From Octopus bimaculoides (taxonomy: Eukaryota): a DNA stretch of 64,000 nt. The stretch is from positions 40,378,646-40,442,645 of the forward strand of contig NC_068985.1 of the NCBI RefSeq assembly GCF_001194135.2. The letters are read 5' to 3'. Both the position numbers and the translations under genes were made by a program. The notes beneath the pieces are model-generated. The model was not told where the DNA came from, ran no database searches, and saw only the letters and a list, made by a program, of their open reading frames with translations. This document shows positions 11,649-25,880 of the stretch, piece by piece; the first letter of the stretch is position 1, and every line of letters begins with the position of its first letter.

Positions 11649-13699
11649 ATTAGAACATCTCTAAATACTACATTACAAATTAACAGTCATCTATTAGTGC
11701 TACATTACAAATTAGCATGTTAATTATTTGAAAGTTGCTTGAATTAAAGTATGTTACAATATATAACTAAAACATTTCAAAGTGAAAATAACATCCTCCC
11801 TTAAATCTGTCTGAGAGAACAACATGAGAATGTGGATGAAGTACCAACCAATTTGTTGAAATCAGTCTTTACATGGTTGCTCAAACTGCTAGGAATATCA
11901 ACCAAATCTTTACTCTGTACTCTGCTACCTTTAAAAAACAAACAGGGCATATTGCATAATATAGTCAGACTATTTTTGGAATAATGTGTTGGTCATGGCT
12001 CAATCAGGATTAATCTCAGACCAAACAACTAATTGAAAAGTTAACAGTTTGTTGTCTTTAGCAAAGACATTTATTTCTCAGAATGGACCAGTCCATTGTG
12101 CTCAAAATAAATACAGGAGAAAAGGAACAACTACCACTGAATATAAAGCAACTTTGTAAAATTGAGAAATGATTTGTTAGCTTGAAGAGGTATATTCAAC
12201 TCCATCTAAAAGTATAGAACTTTTTAAAGTTGATTTGCATTAAAAATGATAAATGATAGTAATTTACTTGAATGATTTGCCAATAACAACACATTTCTCT
12301 GAAATCTTTATTTTCTTTCTTTCATTTGAGAAGAGGAATCTTTAGCCAACTTATATAAAGTAGTAATACAATATCTTCTCTTTTTGTTTTCATTCATTGA
12401 CATTATCTTACATATTTTGCTTAACTCATCACCTGTATTGCTTGAAGGATTTTGCAAACATTTCTCTCATGATAAATGAAGATGAAGTCTTCAGTGACAT
12501 GCCAACAAACCCAAGGGATCACAAGACAAAAAATAATCCATCCAACTTTCAGAAAGAAAGTAGGATCTTTCTTAGAATTAATGCGAAATAGAAAATAGAA
12601 GTTAATAAGAAGAAAAGAGAGAAATGATAGAAAGCATTTTATATTCCACTTTATCGGACAAGGGTTAATAATAGGTTTAGTTCATTATAAAATTTGCAAG
12701 CTCTCAATACATATAATCATAGAAACAAGCTCTCAATACATATAAACTGAAATAATAATAGATTGAAACAAGGTATGCAATTTGAAACAAGATGTACAAC
12801 AATTTGAAACACGCACACACAGGGTTTGCATTGTCAATATATTTATTTCTGATAAAATCTTATATTTAAGAATTACTATTAATCCTGCAATATGCATTCT
12901 ATTACTTTTGCACAAAACACTGAACAGTACTTGCTCAAGATTTCCAAGCCAAAGTACAAAATTATTAACATTATTACACATATATGAGATTAACAATAGC
13001 AAAAGTGAATGAGGTAGAGAAAAATAAAAGCAACTGGCTGCAGACAAGTGATGCTGTAAATATCAATTTCTGCCAGATCATCAAAAAAACACAAGTAAGA
13101 TAGCTACTTACTCTTTAAGATTGAAACCTATATGTAGAAAGTCTATGAATATCAGCTAACTTTTACCTCAGAAAAAAAATAACCTACTTCTGACTGAGTG
13201 ATCAGGAAGTAAATAAGCCTATACAAATACTAAAAAAAAAACACTGTAACATTAAGACAGAAAGATATAGTTTGAAATTTGACTATTAGTTATAGCTAGT
13301 TGAGTGACTTCATAGATGCTTTGTTGAGGATTATGAGAGTCTCATCTGGACTCTTAATCTCTCCACAACAAATGACAAAGAACAAAACAGTATACTTTGC
13401 ATACATACCACAGCCACTGATCAATTATACAACGAAGCAAAAATACTAAGAATGAAAAAGAGCACTGTTTATTACTATTGTAAACTCTACTCCCCATAGT
13501 CCCTACTGCTAGTTACAACTACTCAATCCTAACAATCAGTCATATCTTCAATACCTCATAACACTACAACAATAGCAGCCTAAACATTCTCTCTTCCAAA
13601 CAATGTAAATATTTAAAACACATATACACAAGTAACTTCATAGCTCCCAAACCAATAAACGAGTCTGTGTGTAATCACCTGACCTCCTAGAAAAAGACA

Positions 13700-13920
13700 T
13701 ACTGTCTGATAGAATGAAAGAGCACATTAGATAATGTGGCTCTACATAAATTTATAAAGATAGGATGGGCTTTTTAAGTACATGGATGTACTCAATAAAG
13801 ATCATCCTGGGTCTTAAATAGCAACAATATCATTAGTTTCCAAAACTGTACTGAGATAAACACCACTTAAGACAATTGAAGAGAAACTAATTATCAAGCT
13901 CCAACCAAGTTTCACCATGC
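13700..13920 (+). mobile_element. Very degenerate GIY-YIG (Penelope-like) C-terminal fragment
   Basis: LSDRMKEHIR and LKTIEEKLIIKLQPSF resemble the conserved RxxEH and E..LI..L.P.LN blocks of PLE endonucleases. Confidence 0.4.
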
Positions 13921-16308
13921 CCATCACTGCTATGATTAACTAAACAGAAAGACAGGCAGGCAGACAATGGAAAAGAAATAAAAAGATTAAAACTGAGGAA
14001 AAAGTTGGGAGCCTAAACAGTTACACTTCATACTGGAGAAATGGGATATCAGGAATAATGGATCTCACACCCTAATCACTGGACCATGGTGCATGGGAGA
14101 ACTAAATGATAATAAAACACAACACTGACATTTTTTCTATGCTGTTAGTTAATAGAACTTTCAGTGAAAGATCCATATTTGTTTCACAAAAAAAACAGCT
14201 TTAATAAGAGTAAGCAGCCATATCAAAATCTTTATACTAATACAAGTATATAGCCTAATCTCAAATAGCATATACCCGAATTTCAATTTGTTTTCATTTC
14301 ATTCCTTGTAAGTTAGAAGAGGAAAACAAAGCCCATGAACTTTGCATGGCTCCTAGATGGATGAGGTTTTTATGTGGTTGAAATCTAATTGTCAAATCTG
14401 TAGCAAAATTTTGGGTCCCAGTTTGAATGCTTGCAACAAAGTTGTCTACACTAAAGGCAACCAAGGACCTGGTGGTGATGATCAACTCTAACAATTATAT
14501 TTCGTATATGTGTATCGTTGGAATTAATGGTTTCTATGGGGTGGGGTCTACAAAGCTGAGCTACATTATGACACATATAGAGATTAAAAAAAAAAACCAA
14601 GTCAATGTTTTGGATCAGTAGTTAACCCTTAAACAGCAAACATCATAAATTTAGATTTCAAAAATTTTACCTGGATATGACCATCATCAATCAATGCCTA
14701 AGCATAAGCAGCCCTTGTTGAGGGGAGAAATCAAATAGCAAATAGAAGATTTTTACAGTAATAATGAAATGTTTTCTGACTTTTCTTCATCATCAGACAA
14801 AGTAGATGATGGTGACAATCCTCTAAATAATAAAAGTAATGCTTCAACTTGCACCAATTTTTCATCATTTGTATATTCATTTGGCAACAACATGAGAATC
14901 TCAAATGAATTTATGCCTGTGCCAGATATGCAAGGGAAAGTGAATATTTTATGTCATTTTTCAATAATGGGACTGTAAATTTTCATAGCTTTTGTACTTA
15001 CTTAAAGTGAAGATAGGTACAAAAATTATCTTGAAGAAAGAAAAGATATTTTCTTTTGTTGTTTTGCTCATTCAGCACACACATTCATGGAACCCTTTCC
15101 TGCTGTTTAAGGATCAAAGGGTGTTGACTTCAAATTAACTACAGGAATCTCATTATGTAACTTGATCAATGCACTTAGTAGTAGGCAATACAATTCACCA
15201 TGATGTCACAAATAAGTTGCTGAATACTATGGGATTGTTGACTTCGATAGAGCTCCCTCCTATCCAAAGGCATGATTATTGCTCAAATACTGCACACCAA
15301 CGAATTGGGACTAAGTATGTCAAAACAAAAGAAAGAAGTCATCTTGTGCTCTCCTTGGGCTTTAGAAGGGAGTTATATTTATCATATGAAGACAAAATTT
15401 TTCATAGTCTTTACAAACAAATGAATTACATATTTTGCCAACAAGCCAACAAAGAAGCCTCTACATGAGCACTTCACCTGCTAGAAATAGCAGTGAAAAT
15501 CCATAAAAGTCATATGTTGTCATCCTAAAAAAAGGGGGAAGATACACTGGATAATGTAGTCATTGACATGGTATGACTGAGAATAAGATTGGTTGGTCAT
15601 GGCTCAAACATCCTGACCATATATTATCTTGATTGATCAGAGCTGGCCAAGGGTTAAACAACAGTATATTCTGATATAACTGACTAACTGATACTTTTAC
15701 TCTGAAACAGGAAGGAATGAAAAAGATTAAAACAACAGTAGGGTTTAAGCAAATGGAAACAGAGAGGAAGCCTCCAATGTGATACTCAATCCCAGTCATT
15801 TCCATGGCTGACCTTCTAAAATCATGATGGTCATATGGCAAAGAGTTGTAAAAGAAAACATTTAATTACCGTATCTGTTTCAGCAAACAACTAAAATAAG
15901 TTGAGCCACCTCAGCAAGTAAATCTACAGCTGTAGATTCACTAACAAAGTTTCATTGAAAATATGGTTTTTTCAAGCATACTACTACATTATCATATTTG
16001 ATAAACAATATCAACAATCAAAAACAAAAATGAAACACTTCCTTAGTAGGCAGAAGTATTATCGTCATCATGACTTTATACTTTGGACAGATAGTAATAT
16101 GTAACTAGGAAGGTAACTAAGTGTTCTATATTAAAAATATAAAAAAGCAGTGAGAGAGAAAAAAAATTTATTTCATTCTATAAACTAACCAGCCAGTGTA
16201 ACACCACCCACCTCCAACTCATTACTATCAAAGCATAAAATCTTTTTCTTTTCTTGCCTTTTGTTCCACAACAGATATTTAAGTTTAACAATGTATGAAA
16301 ATAGTATA

Positions 16309-16340
<32 letters not shown>

Positions 16341-17169
16341 NNNNNNNNNNAGATCTTAAGTTTCTTCCAGCCTCTTCAAGTTTTTCAAATTTTCACCAGA
16401 TTATTTTCAAAAAATATAGTTCTGATGTAGATTGTCATGATGATGAGAAAATTAATTTTTTTCTAGAAATTAATAATAAAAACAGTTACAAGCATTTAAA
16501 GTTTTGTAATTTTAGCCAATCAGCAACCTTCATTGCCAGATATATCAAACATCACAACTGTTTGTCCAATGGGAACAACAGATATAAACCTTTTATGCAG
16601 TCTCTCGACCTGCTAGAAAGAACAGCCAAATCTTCCTTAAATTACACCATAATATCTCCAAAAAAANNNNNNNNNNGAAGAAGAAAAGGACAACATTTTG
16701 TGCCACAGCACCATTTTTTCCTCAGATCAATATTAAATGTCTTTTCTCTTTTCTTATGATAAAATTGTTTTTACACGGTCAGGTGGCAGAGAAAGAATAC
16801 CATCATTATCATCATCAACATTGCACTTCATATAATAGCATTGGTAACCAGTTCTTTGTCCACCTCCTCTTCCACAATTTCCTTTTAACTTTGATTACAA
16901 TTTTATCATAAGGAAAGAGGAAGTACATTTAATATGAATTGTGGGGCCCTGTAACTGATTTAAGGGCCACGAGGTCAATCAAAAGTTACATCTGTGGAGA
17001 CTAACTTTAATTTAAATGTTATTAATAGCATTCAACAAGTGGGCTTGCCTCAACTGGGGAAATAAATGGTGCTGTAACTCAATGTGTTGTTATTTTTGAA
17101 TTTTTTAATGTTATGGCACAGTTTAAGGAAGATTTGGCTGCTATTTCAAGCCAGTCAAAAGAACATGTA

Positions 17170-17480
17170 ATGGTTTTGTGTGTGCTGCTCCCATGTACAG
17201 AAGACTACAGTTCTTGAAAGTGTTTAGTGCAGGGCATTAGATAGAGGGTGAAAAGACGCTGTAGAGATGACAAGAGGGATATGTCATATAGTTTGCAAGT
17301 TCAGAAAACAGAAACTGTAGAAGAGAGGGAAGAAATAATGCTGTGATTCAGTGGCTGTAATGCATTGATAAGTTGCGATAAATCATAAAATGTCTTTCAG
17401 ATGCAATGTGGGATAGTTCTGTACCTAGTAACAGTGCCTCTGCAAGTATTCCAATATAGGACTTGGTTGTCATTTTCCTA
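17170..17480 (-). mobile_element. Degenerate CR1-like LINE 3' end
   Basis: Minus strand gives LQPLNHSIISSLSS...SELAN, resembling the LQPLxHRRxVxSLxLFYRY...SELA C-terminal block. Confidence 0.45.
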
Positions 17481-18153
17481 TTGAAGGACATTCATTATGT
17501 AAGTCTATGTATATGAATGTATGTCAGTAAAGGATAGCAGTTAGGCACCTTTTTTTGTAAAAAGGTATTTATTTAAGAACTGTAGTCCTACACCATGTAT
17601 TAATTTAGCAAGGTATTTTGCAAAGCTTCTTCAACCCTTGATAATTTGGTTAACAGGTTATCTGAATTAAAATGTCAGCTGCCATATTATTAGACTGAAC
17701 AAATATTTTCTTTACTGGAGTTCACTGCTGTATCATCAGGTTATTCGCTATTCCTTTGCTTTAGTTTAGAAGCCCTACTTTCCCACCAACCATCACCAAC
17801 TGGATAGTAGAGTGCTACCCTATTGTTAACTTTACAGGGTGAAATACCACCACCACCACCATCATCATCTTCACATGAGCACTTAGTAATATTTTACTTG
17901 CACAAATATAGGTAGACTAAACTGCTTTAAATGATATGCATATAAAAATGCTAGAACGCACACATACACATGGATATGTTGCTTGACCTACTAGGTATAA
18001 CAAGCATATTTCTTAACTCATTACCAGATTTAAAAACTACAACATATTTGAAAATGCCAAACATTTAAAACCATATTTGCAAAGTGCTTCCCATGCTATA
18101 TTGCCAATTTTCAAATCGTTTTCTCTAATCTAGCAGCTTGCTTCCTGATTTAC

Positions 18154-18212
18154 CTGGTTGAATATTGAAGGTCTTGTTTCAGAATATCTTTGAATTTGAG
18201 CCTTAAGATTGT
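18154..18212 (-). other. Candidate 59-nt internal exon of an unidentified host gene
   Basis: Acceptor atgttttatag and donor CAG|gtaaat; two frames open (TILRLKFKDILKQDLQYST or NLKAQIQRYSETRPSIFNQ). No homology recognised. Confidence 0.2.
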
Positions 18213-19348
18213 CTATAAAACATATCCTTTGATGAGTTGAAAAGTGAACCTTTTTGTGGTAGCTCAGCTAGCAAGAAATCGAAGCCAAGCTTTTCTCACA
18301 TGACACCTTATCCTCTTTAAAAAGTAAAGGAGACCTAATATAATGTAGTCTTAGATACACAGCATCTGAAAGAAAGTAGGTGGATGGTCATAGCTGAAAT
18401 GTTTTAAATCATAGGTCTATTTGAACAGAAATGATGGTGGGGGAATACTGAATAACTTCCAGAACTAGTCTTCCGGAATTACCATACTGACCACACTTTA
18501 TATATTGAACCTCAATTAATTAACATTTACTCTAGCAAAAATAATTTCTACATGCCCTACCTAGTATATGCACTCTGACTCATCCCATTAAAACTGGTAC
18601 ACCTCAGCCCATATCTAGTATATGTACTCCTTGGGCCAAGCCAAAGATATTGATCACAGACAACAAGTGCATTTTCTATTAAATATATTAGTAACATTCA
18701 TATCTTATGAAGTTGTGGTGTTTGTGCACATTTTAAAGCAGAATGTGCTATTTTATTTCTAAAAGAAAACTTTGATTGGATGCAAAGCTAGTTAGTACAG
18801 CAGAGAAATATACTGTTGATTGAATTCATCCAAGTATATTACAGGTACATTTTTATGAAATCCGGGCAAGTGAAAGAAAGACAAAACTCAAGCAGAAACT
18901 TGAACTCAGAAAATAGATGGATGGAACTAACTATTGGCTTTCTTTCAATACAGAAGGCCATGTAATTTACAAAGAGCAAACAAGAGGTGTATTGTTCATG
19001 CATTTTCTATAAATATTAGCAGCAGAAGATAAGTGAAGTGGCTTTCATCAGAAATAGAAACTGTGTTGACTCAGCTTCCTGGAAGCTTGCCTCTTGCTCT
19101 ACATGGTGCTGCACAGTATTTAGTATGCCATTTCTGTTTCACTTGCCACACAGGTTCGTATATTTTTTCATGTGTGTGTGTATGTATATGTATGTGTGTG
19201 TGTATATAGAAATAAAATAAAATATAATAAATTATAATAAAATAAGATTGATAGGGGATAAAGAAGTTAATACAATATAAAATGGTGCAATTAAAAACAA
19301 AAAATGGAATAAAGTTGCTTTGTTGCAGGAGGTTGTAGAGACAGTCAC

Positions 19349-19703
19349 TAGGTGGAGGGGGTTGTGTTTAGTTCGAAGGGGATAGTTGTTCATAGATTAA
19401 AAATATAATACTGTTCCAGGTGGAGTCGCAAGTGTGTGGATCTGTGGTGCAGATCAAGGCCAAAGACGGAGTTGTTAGAAGAGGAGTGGTTGGCCAAGCA
19501 GAAGTGATAGGCAATGGGGGTGTTCAAACATAGCCGAACATCCCTTAGGTGTTTGGTGAACCGGATGGCCAGCCGGCGGCCCGTCTAACCTACATATCGT
19601 TTGCCACAGAGGTTGCATCTAATACAGTATATGAGGCTAGAAGAGGTGCAAGAGAAGGAATTTATGATGTGAAGAGTGTGCTGATTGGAACCAGTGAGGG
19701 AGG
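19349..19703 (-). mobile_element. Penelope-like element, GIY-YIG endonuclease C-terminus; 5' part lost in the assembly gap
   Basis: Single frame: NSFSCTSSSLIYCIRCNLCGKRYVG*TGRRLAIRFTKHLRDVRL...PIAYHF..ANHS...RLHLEQYYIFNL*TTIPFELN, with only two premature stops and a CxxC between the GIY and YIG motifs. Confidence 0.9.
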
Positions 19704-20295
19704 NNNNNNNNNNNNNNNNNNNNNNNNNNNNNNNNNNNNNNNNNNNNNNNNNNNNNNNNNNNNNNNNNNNNNNNNNNNNNNNNNNNNNNNNNNNNNNNNN
19801 NNNNNNNNNNNNNNNNNNNNNNNNNNNNNNNNNNNNNNNNNNNNNNNNNNNNNNNNNNNNNNNNNNNNNNNNNNNNNNNNNNNNNNNNNNNNNNNNNNNN
19901 NNNNNNNNNNNNNNNNNNNNNNNNNNNNNNNNNNNNNNNNNNNNNNNNNNNNNNNNNNNNNNNNNNNNNNNNNNNNNNNNNNNNNNNNNNNNNNNNNNNN
20001 NNNNNNNNNNNNNNNNNNNNNNNNNNNNNNNNNNNNNNNNNNNNNNNNNNNNNNNNNNNNNNNNNNNNNNNNNNNNNNNNNNNNNNNNNNNNNNNNNNNN
20101 NNNNNNNNNNNNNNNNNNNNNNNNNNNNNNNNNNNNNNNNNNNNNNNNNNNNNNNNNNNNNNNNNNNNNNNNNNNNNNNNNNNNNNNNNNNNNNNNNNNN
20201 NNNNNNNNNNNNNNNNNNNNNNNNNNNNNNNNNNNNNNNNNNNNNNNNNNNNNNNNNNNNNNNNNNNNNNNNNNNNNNNNNNNNNNNNNNNNNNN

Positions 20296-20987
20296 AGAGC
20301 AAAATCTGTGGCCTCTGCCAGAAGTGTAGCCAGCTCACTTATTTGTATCTTTACTTCATTGGACATTAAACTCTGCTTGCGAAGACCTGTTGAGGCAAAT
20401 GAATTTGAAATCGAAATCGAACCAAATTCGATGACTGGCACCCATGCCAACATCTCCTTCATTGGACAATAAACTCTGCTTGTGAAGACCTGTTGGGGCA
20501 AGTGAAATCGAAATCGTAATTGAACCATATCTGATGACTGGCACCTGTGCCAGTGGAGCACTAACAGCACTGTCTGAGCGCAATCATTGCCAGAGCAGCT
20601 GTCTAGCTTCCGGGCTAGTGGCCCGTAAATAGCACCATTCAAGCAAGCATCGCCTTACTGGCACTTGTGCCGATGCACGTTAGAAAACCATTCAAGTAAG
20701 GTCGTTGCTAGTGTCGCTGGACTGGCTCCTGTGCAGGTGGCACGTAAAAAACACCATTTTGAGCATGGCTGTTGCCAGTACCGTGCAACTGACTCTCGTG
20801 CCGGTGGCACGTTAAAGCACCCACTACATTCTCGGAGTGGTTGGCATTAGGAAGGGCATCCAGCTGTAGAAACTCTGCCAGATCAGACTGGAGCCTGGTG
20901 CAGCCATCCGGTTCACCAGTCCTCAGTCAAATTGTCCAACCCATGCTAGTATAGAACGCAGACATTAAACGATGATGATGATGACGA
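20296..20987 (+). mobile_element. RTE-type LINE (or RTE-dependent element) 3' UTR with internal tandem modules
   Basis: Ends ...ggaagggcatccagctgtagaaactctgcc...ccaacccatgctagtatagaacgcagacattaaacgatgatgatgatg. A similar tail follows an RTE-like ORF end at 63812-63960 (-) and recurs at about 9510, 49490, 57020 and 63620. Confidence 0.7.
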
Positions 20988-21454
20988 TATATATACATAT
21001 AATATTATTACAAATTTGGAATTTTACGAATAGAACCGCAACTCCTATTTCAGGACAACCTTATTGTCTGGAATACACATAGAAAGTTATGTCCTGTATA
21101 ATAATAAAATAATATAAGCATTTTAAAACCTACTATAAAGTACAATAAAATTATTTAAAAACTTATTTGTAAAATATTTGAAAAAATATATATACCTTAC
21201 CCGTTATTAGTCTGTGGGGACAGAATATATTTTTAATCAACACTACACATGTTTCTACGCTGGTGGTGTGTTTTTCCAGGCTATACCTATTACATAAATC
21301 CACCAGTGTGTCCTCAGGCTATTTATTTTATTGTTATTATTATTAACTGATCAAAGTTAAAACTACATATTCTAATACAAATTAAATAGAAAACTAAGAA
21401 TATAAATAAAAATATTATAAAAATATATAACTTACAAATATATTCTTAAAAATT

Positions 21455-21610
21455 AAAAAATATATATACATACATATATATATACACATATACATATATA
21501 TAAACACATATATACATATATATATACATACACATGTATATATAAACACACATATATATATATACATATATATACATATATATACATACATATATATACA
21601 AATACACATG

Positions 21611-21644
<34 letters not shown>

Positions 21645-21665
21645 CAAATACACATACATATATGC
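21455..21665 (+). repeat. Compound TA/CA microsatellite, continuing across the gap as (TA)n at 22211-22276
   Basis: Directly visible low-complexity tatatatacacata array flanking an N gap. Confidence 0.95.
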
Positions 21666-22210
21666 CCTTCCNNNNNNNNNNNNNNNNNNNNNNNNNNNNN
21701 NNNNNNNNNNNNNNNNNNNNNNNNNNNNNNNNNNNNNNNNNNNNNNNNNNNNNNNNNNNNNNNNNNNNNNNNNNNNNNNNNNNNNNNNNNNNNNNNNNNN
21801 NNNNNNNNNNNNNNNNNNNNNNNNNNNNNNNNNNNNNNNNNNNNNNNNNNNNNNNNNNNNNNNNNNNNNNNNNNNNNNNNNNNNNNNNNNNNNNNNNNNN
21901 NNNNNNNNNNNNNNNNNNNNNNNNNNNNNNNNNNNNNNNNNNNNNNNNNNNNNNNNNNNNNNNNNNNNNNNNNNNNNNNNNNNNNNNNNNNNNNNNNNNN
22001 NNNNNNNNNNNNNNNNNNNNNNNNNNNNNNNNNNNNNNNNNNNNNNNNNNNNNNNNNNNNNNNNNNNNNNNNNNNNNNNNNNNNNNNNNNNNNNNNNNNN
22101 NNNNNNNNNNNNNNNNNNNNNNNNNNNNNNNNNNNNNNNNNNNNNNNNNNNNNNNNNNNNNNNNNNNNNNNNNNNNNNNNNNNNNNNNNNNNNNNNNNNN
22201 NNNNNNNNNN

Positions 22211-22280
<70 letters not shown>

Positions 22281-25200
22281 CAAGTAATGTTAGAAATCAT
22301 AAGATAAACATTTTTTAAGACAGTCTGCATTTAAAACAGATGTAGCTGACTCTACAGTAGTGGAGAAGACTGAAAAAGAAATAGCACCAGCCAAAATTGG
22401 AAATGAAATCTGATGCTCAGCATCTTATCTGAAGCAATTTCTGTGTTTTGCCACTTCAGGGAAGGTGAAAAGAAGGAGAAGAAAAAATAAAAAAATAAAT
22501 AAATAATTACTGCCCACGCTTACATCTCAATATAGTTTCAACTAATAGATTCTATATACTATCTTTTATGAAACTATGATGATAAAGCCAACAACAACAA
22601 GAAATATTTATTATATAATAGATTATGCCATTTGAAAAAGCTTATGAGTTACCTTTTTTTTATTTACAATTAAAGCAAAACACAATCAGCACCACCATTC
22701 TGGCAATACTTCCACCACATACACCATCACCACTACCATGGTGGTGTCTGCTACCACTGTAATCTCCATCACCACATTAGGATAAGAGCTATCAAGTATG
22801 GTATTTATTGCCAAACCTTACACAATAGCTGTGATAGTTTGACATGTAAAAAAATAATTCAAGTTGAAGAAGAGCTGATGAATGACTAGAAACAAGGAAT
22901 TTCTAAGAATAACATCAGTTATTCATGGGTACTTTTTGATTAGTACTAAGTGAAAAGGTTTAGTTTACAGGCAGAAGTGGAAGAATATAGGAAAAAGGAA
23001 TGATGGGAGGTATATTTTTGGCTTAAGGAAATAAAAGAACATATCTGCACATAGTGTCAATTCCATCTTCAGTATAAGAAATAGTTTATATTTTACTTAT
23101 TTATGTATTTTTGCTTTCGTTTGCTTTTGTCTCTTTCTTTTCCCCCAAAATAGATATAGTTCATGTCATTTTGTTTTTATACTTGGTTTAAAAATTGATT
23201 TCTTTTGATTAGGTGCAAGGGCAATTTTGGAAAGGGAAGTAGGTGAATCCACAAATCCAGAAAAGGGCAAAGTCAACTCCAGTAGGATTTGAACTTGCAA
23301 TCAGCAGATAAAGAAACAGGAAAACTCATTTAGTTTGGTTACTCCCAACTCTTAGCTCTTAGTAACACACATATATATGCATACATATATTACTTCTTTA
23401 AAATAAATTTTATGGAGAAATAGCAACTAAAATTGGTTCAGATTCAAATTCACAAATTTGTAAGGTAATTTTACTGAATCACTATATAGCTAATACGCAT
23501 TTTACTGTAAGGTCTCACATACTACTATTTCTGCCATTTCACTTCCCTTAGGGAGAATAATAATTACATGTATTATTATTAGGATTACTATTAGTAATAA
23601 TAATTATTGTTGTTGCTGTTCTGAGCAATGGACAGGAAATTAACAGTGTATGGGACAAAATGCCTTGCAATATCTTAATATATCCCTTCACATTTAGAAT
23701 TCAAGTTTCATTGGGCTCAACTTTACCTTTCATCCTCAAGGTCCATTAAAATAGAGAGGATAGTCTAATCAACTACACTCCACTTCAGCTACATTCTACC
23801 ATTGTTGCCTCCCCCAACCCCAAAGAAAAATTTAGGCAAATGTTCCTATGCTAGAAATCTTCATTAATTATAACTACTATTATTTATTATTGAACTAGTT
23901 ATCTGCATAGTATAGTTTAGGAATAGTTTGAGCTGTAAAAAATGAATACAATTTCCATATGGCAATTAAATAGTTTAAATAATTTTTTTTTTATAATTAG
24001 AACCACATATGTTATGATTAAACCAGGCAGGCATTTACTATAGATAAAAGTAGTCTGACTGAACTGGAAATTTAGTTTGGTTTGAAAGAATGTGACATAC
24101 AGCTCTATTTATGGTCAGCCCTTTTGCCTGAGTAGATAAAGTAACATCAAAAATAAATCCTGTCCTACAAATATATTAACCTTTCATATCTAACTGAATT
24201 TCATCTTGTGGTATTGAATTTCTTTTTAATATATATGCTAAAAAAAATTGTAATTCCTTTACAGGAATAGCTATTTCTTTGCAGAAAATATCTATTTAGG
24301 TGAACATAAATCACTTCCTCATGTTTATAGCAAATAATTTTTCAACCTATCAAAGGCCGAGCATTAGAAAATTATATATATAAGCTATAGAATAAGATTC
24401 TGTATAGTTGCTTGATATGATCAATGTAGCAACCAAATCTCCAAATTAATTCCTTACCATTATTAAAATGGGAATTACATGTCTTGAAGTTATAACTCTT
24501 TTGAAGTTCTATGGCCAACAATAAAGAAACAGAAAACAGCAATTATTCAAAACAGCTATCAAATATTACATAGATCTGCTCTCAGTATCAACCATGTTAA
24601 CACAGCAACTGCAAAAGTTTCATTATTTGGTCTCAATCCCACGATGTTGGATACTAATAAAATGCTGGTGCTTCAGTAACACCAACACTTGTTATGGCCT
24701 AAAATATTATGGCATGAACATGTGTGTAGGCAAGCTAACACACACACATATATACTGACACCTACTCAGGCTGAAACATGTGTCAAGACTTCTTCTCTCC
24801 AGGCAATAAGCCTGTCTTTTCCTTTATGGCATGTGAGCTTTGGTGAATACTTGATTCTTGAAGTTATCTCTCCTCCTCATATGGAGCTATTCTCAATTGC
24901 CATTTGGTAATTGCAACATATCCTCTAGAGAGATATAATTTTAATAATCAAGAATTTATGTTGTATAGTATTTAATATAACTGTATTTGCCTATGTTGTC
25001 CATATACATGCCATGTAGCTCATTTTTGTCACACACGCACACAATGTGGATACACAGAAGAAAAAGATTGACTGAGGCTTTGACAGTTTAGTTTACTTGC
25101 TTTTATCAGACTGTGACTTCCTTTGGCTTTTGAAGCCTTATTTTTGCTTGATTTTTTTTTTTTTGTCTTTATAAGGATGGGATCATCTGGTGGGTGGCAC

Positions 25201-25880
25201 AATGTGAATGTAAAGTAGATTTGGTACTAATGCATTTGTAGAGAAAAAGTAGAAATGGCTATATAGGAAACAGGGATAGAGAAAAGGAGAAATGTGAATG
25301 AGTCTGAAGTAGAAAGAAATGGTTCATCAGGTGTTTATACACTGCTCCACCTACCAGATGAATGCCCCTCAAAAAATTTATATATATATATAAGACTTGA
25401 AGAACCAAGCTGATAATGGTTAGCAAATTGAAACTTCGAAGTTACTGTCAACCTTTTCTGGGTAAAAAAGTAAATATGATACTCAAGTGATCCTTCAATT
25501 TAATGTTCAACTACTTTTTTTATATATAATTTTACATAAAAACAAGCATTGATACACACACATAGTTCATTACTATAGTCAGCACAGAGCATAATTGATA
25601 AGTTTCTTTGGTATGCAATGCTGATGTGCAAAGACTCCAATTAATAAAGTTTATACAAGGAAAAGAAATTGTACAGAAGTACAAGAGATAAAATGCATAA
25701 ATTCTAGAAAGCTCAAATGTGTTGTGAGAGGATCTGAAAACCTTTTCTCAGTTTAGCTGCCATTTAGTATGGTATTTGGGGTATATTGAGGGTCATATCG
25801 TCATTCAGTACACCAGCAATACATTCTCAATATCTTAACCAGTAGCTCTCAAACAATATGCTGCAGCACATAAGTACATA

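Noticed and set aside
12697-12805. Short local duplications (caagctctcaatacatataa x2; ttgaaaca x3)
   Set aside because: Ordinary slippage duplications with no further structure.
14759-14978. Plus-strand open frame after a tttttacag acceptor (NNEMFSDFSSSSDKVDDG...)
   Set aside because: No recognisable homology and a weak donor; open frames of about 70 codons are expected several times by chance in 64 kb. Not excluded, but not supportable.
16295-16759. 154-aa plus-strand ORF
   Set aside because: Starts in poly(T), crosses two N gaps, and its 3' part is the reverse complement of a common repeat (aggaagatttggctg...tctagcagg) also seen near 3370, 17125, 43715 and 53185; no domain recognised.
20500-20555. 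Possible hammerhead (GAAA...CTGATGA-ctggcac..gtgccag)
   Set aside because: No GAAA after helix II, no G10.1-C11.1 pair in the permuted arrangement, and the sister repeat unit has CGATGA instead of CTGATGA.
20538-20830. CRISPR-like repeat-spacer appearance
   Set aside because: Eukaryotic context, units are highly diverged, spacers are related to each other, and there are no cas genes.
21202-21212. 11-nt minus-strand segment between ccacag and gtaagg
   Set aside because: Not frame-preserving and shows how easily such splice-like pairs arise by chance.
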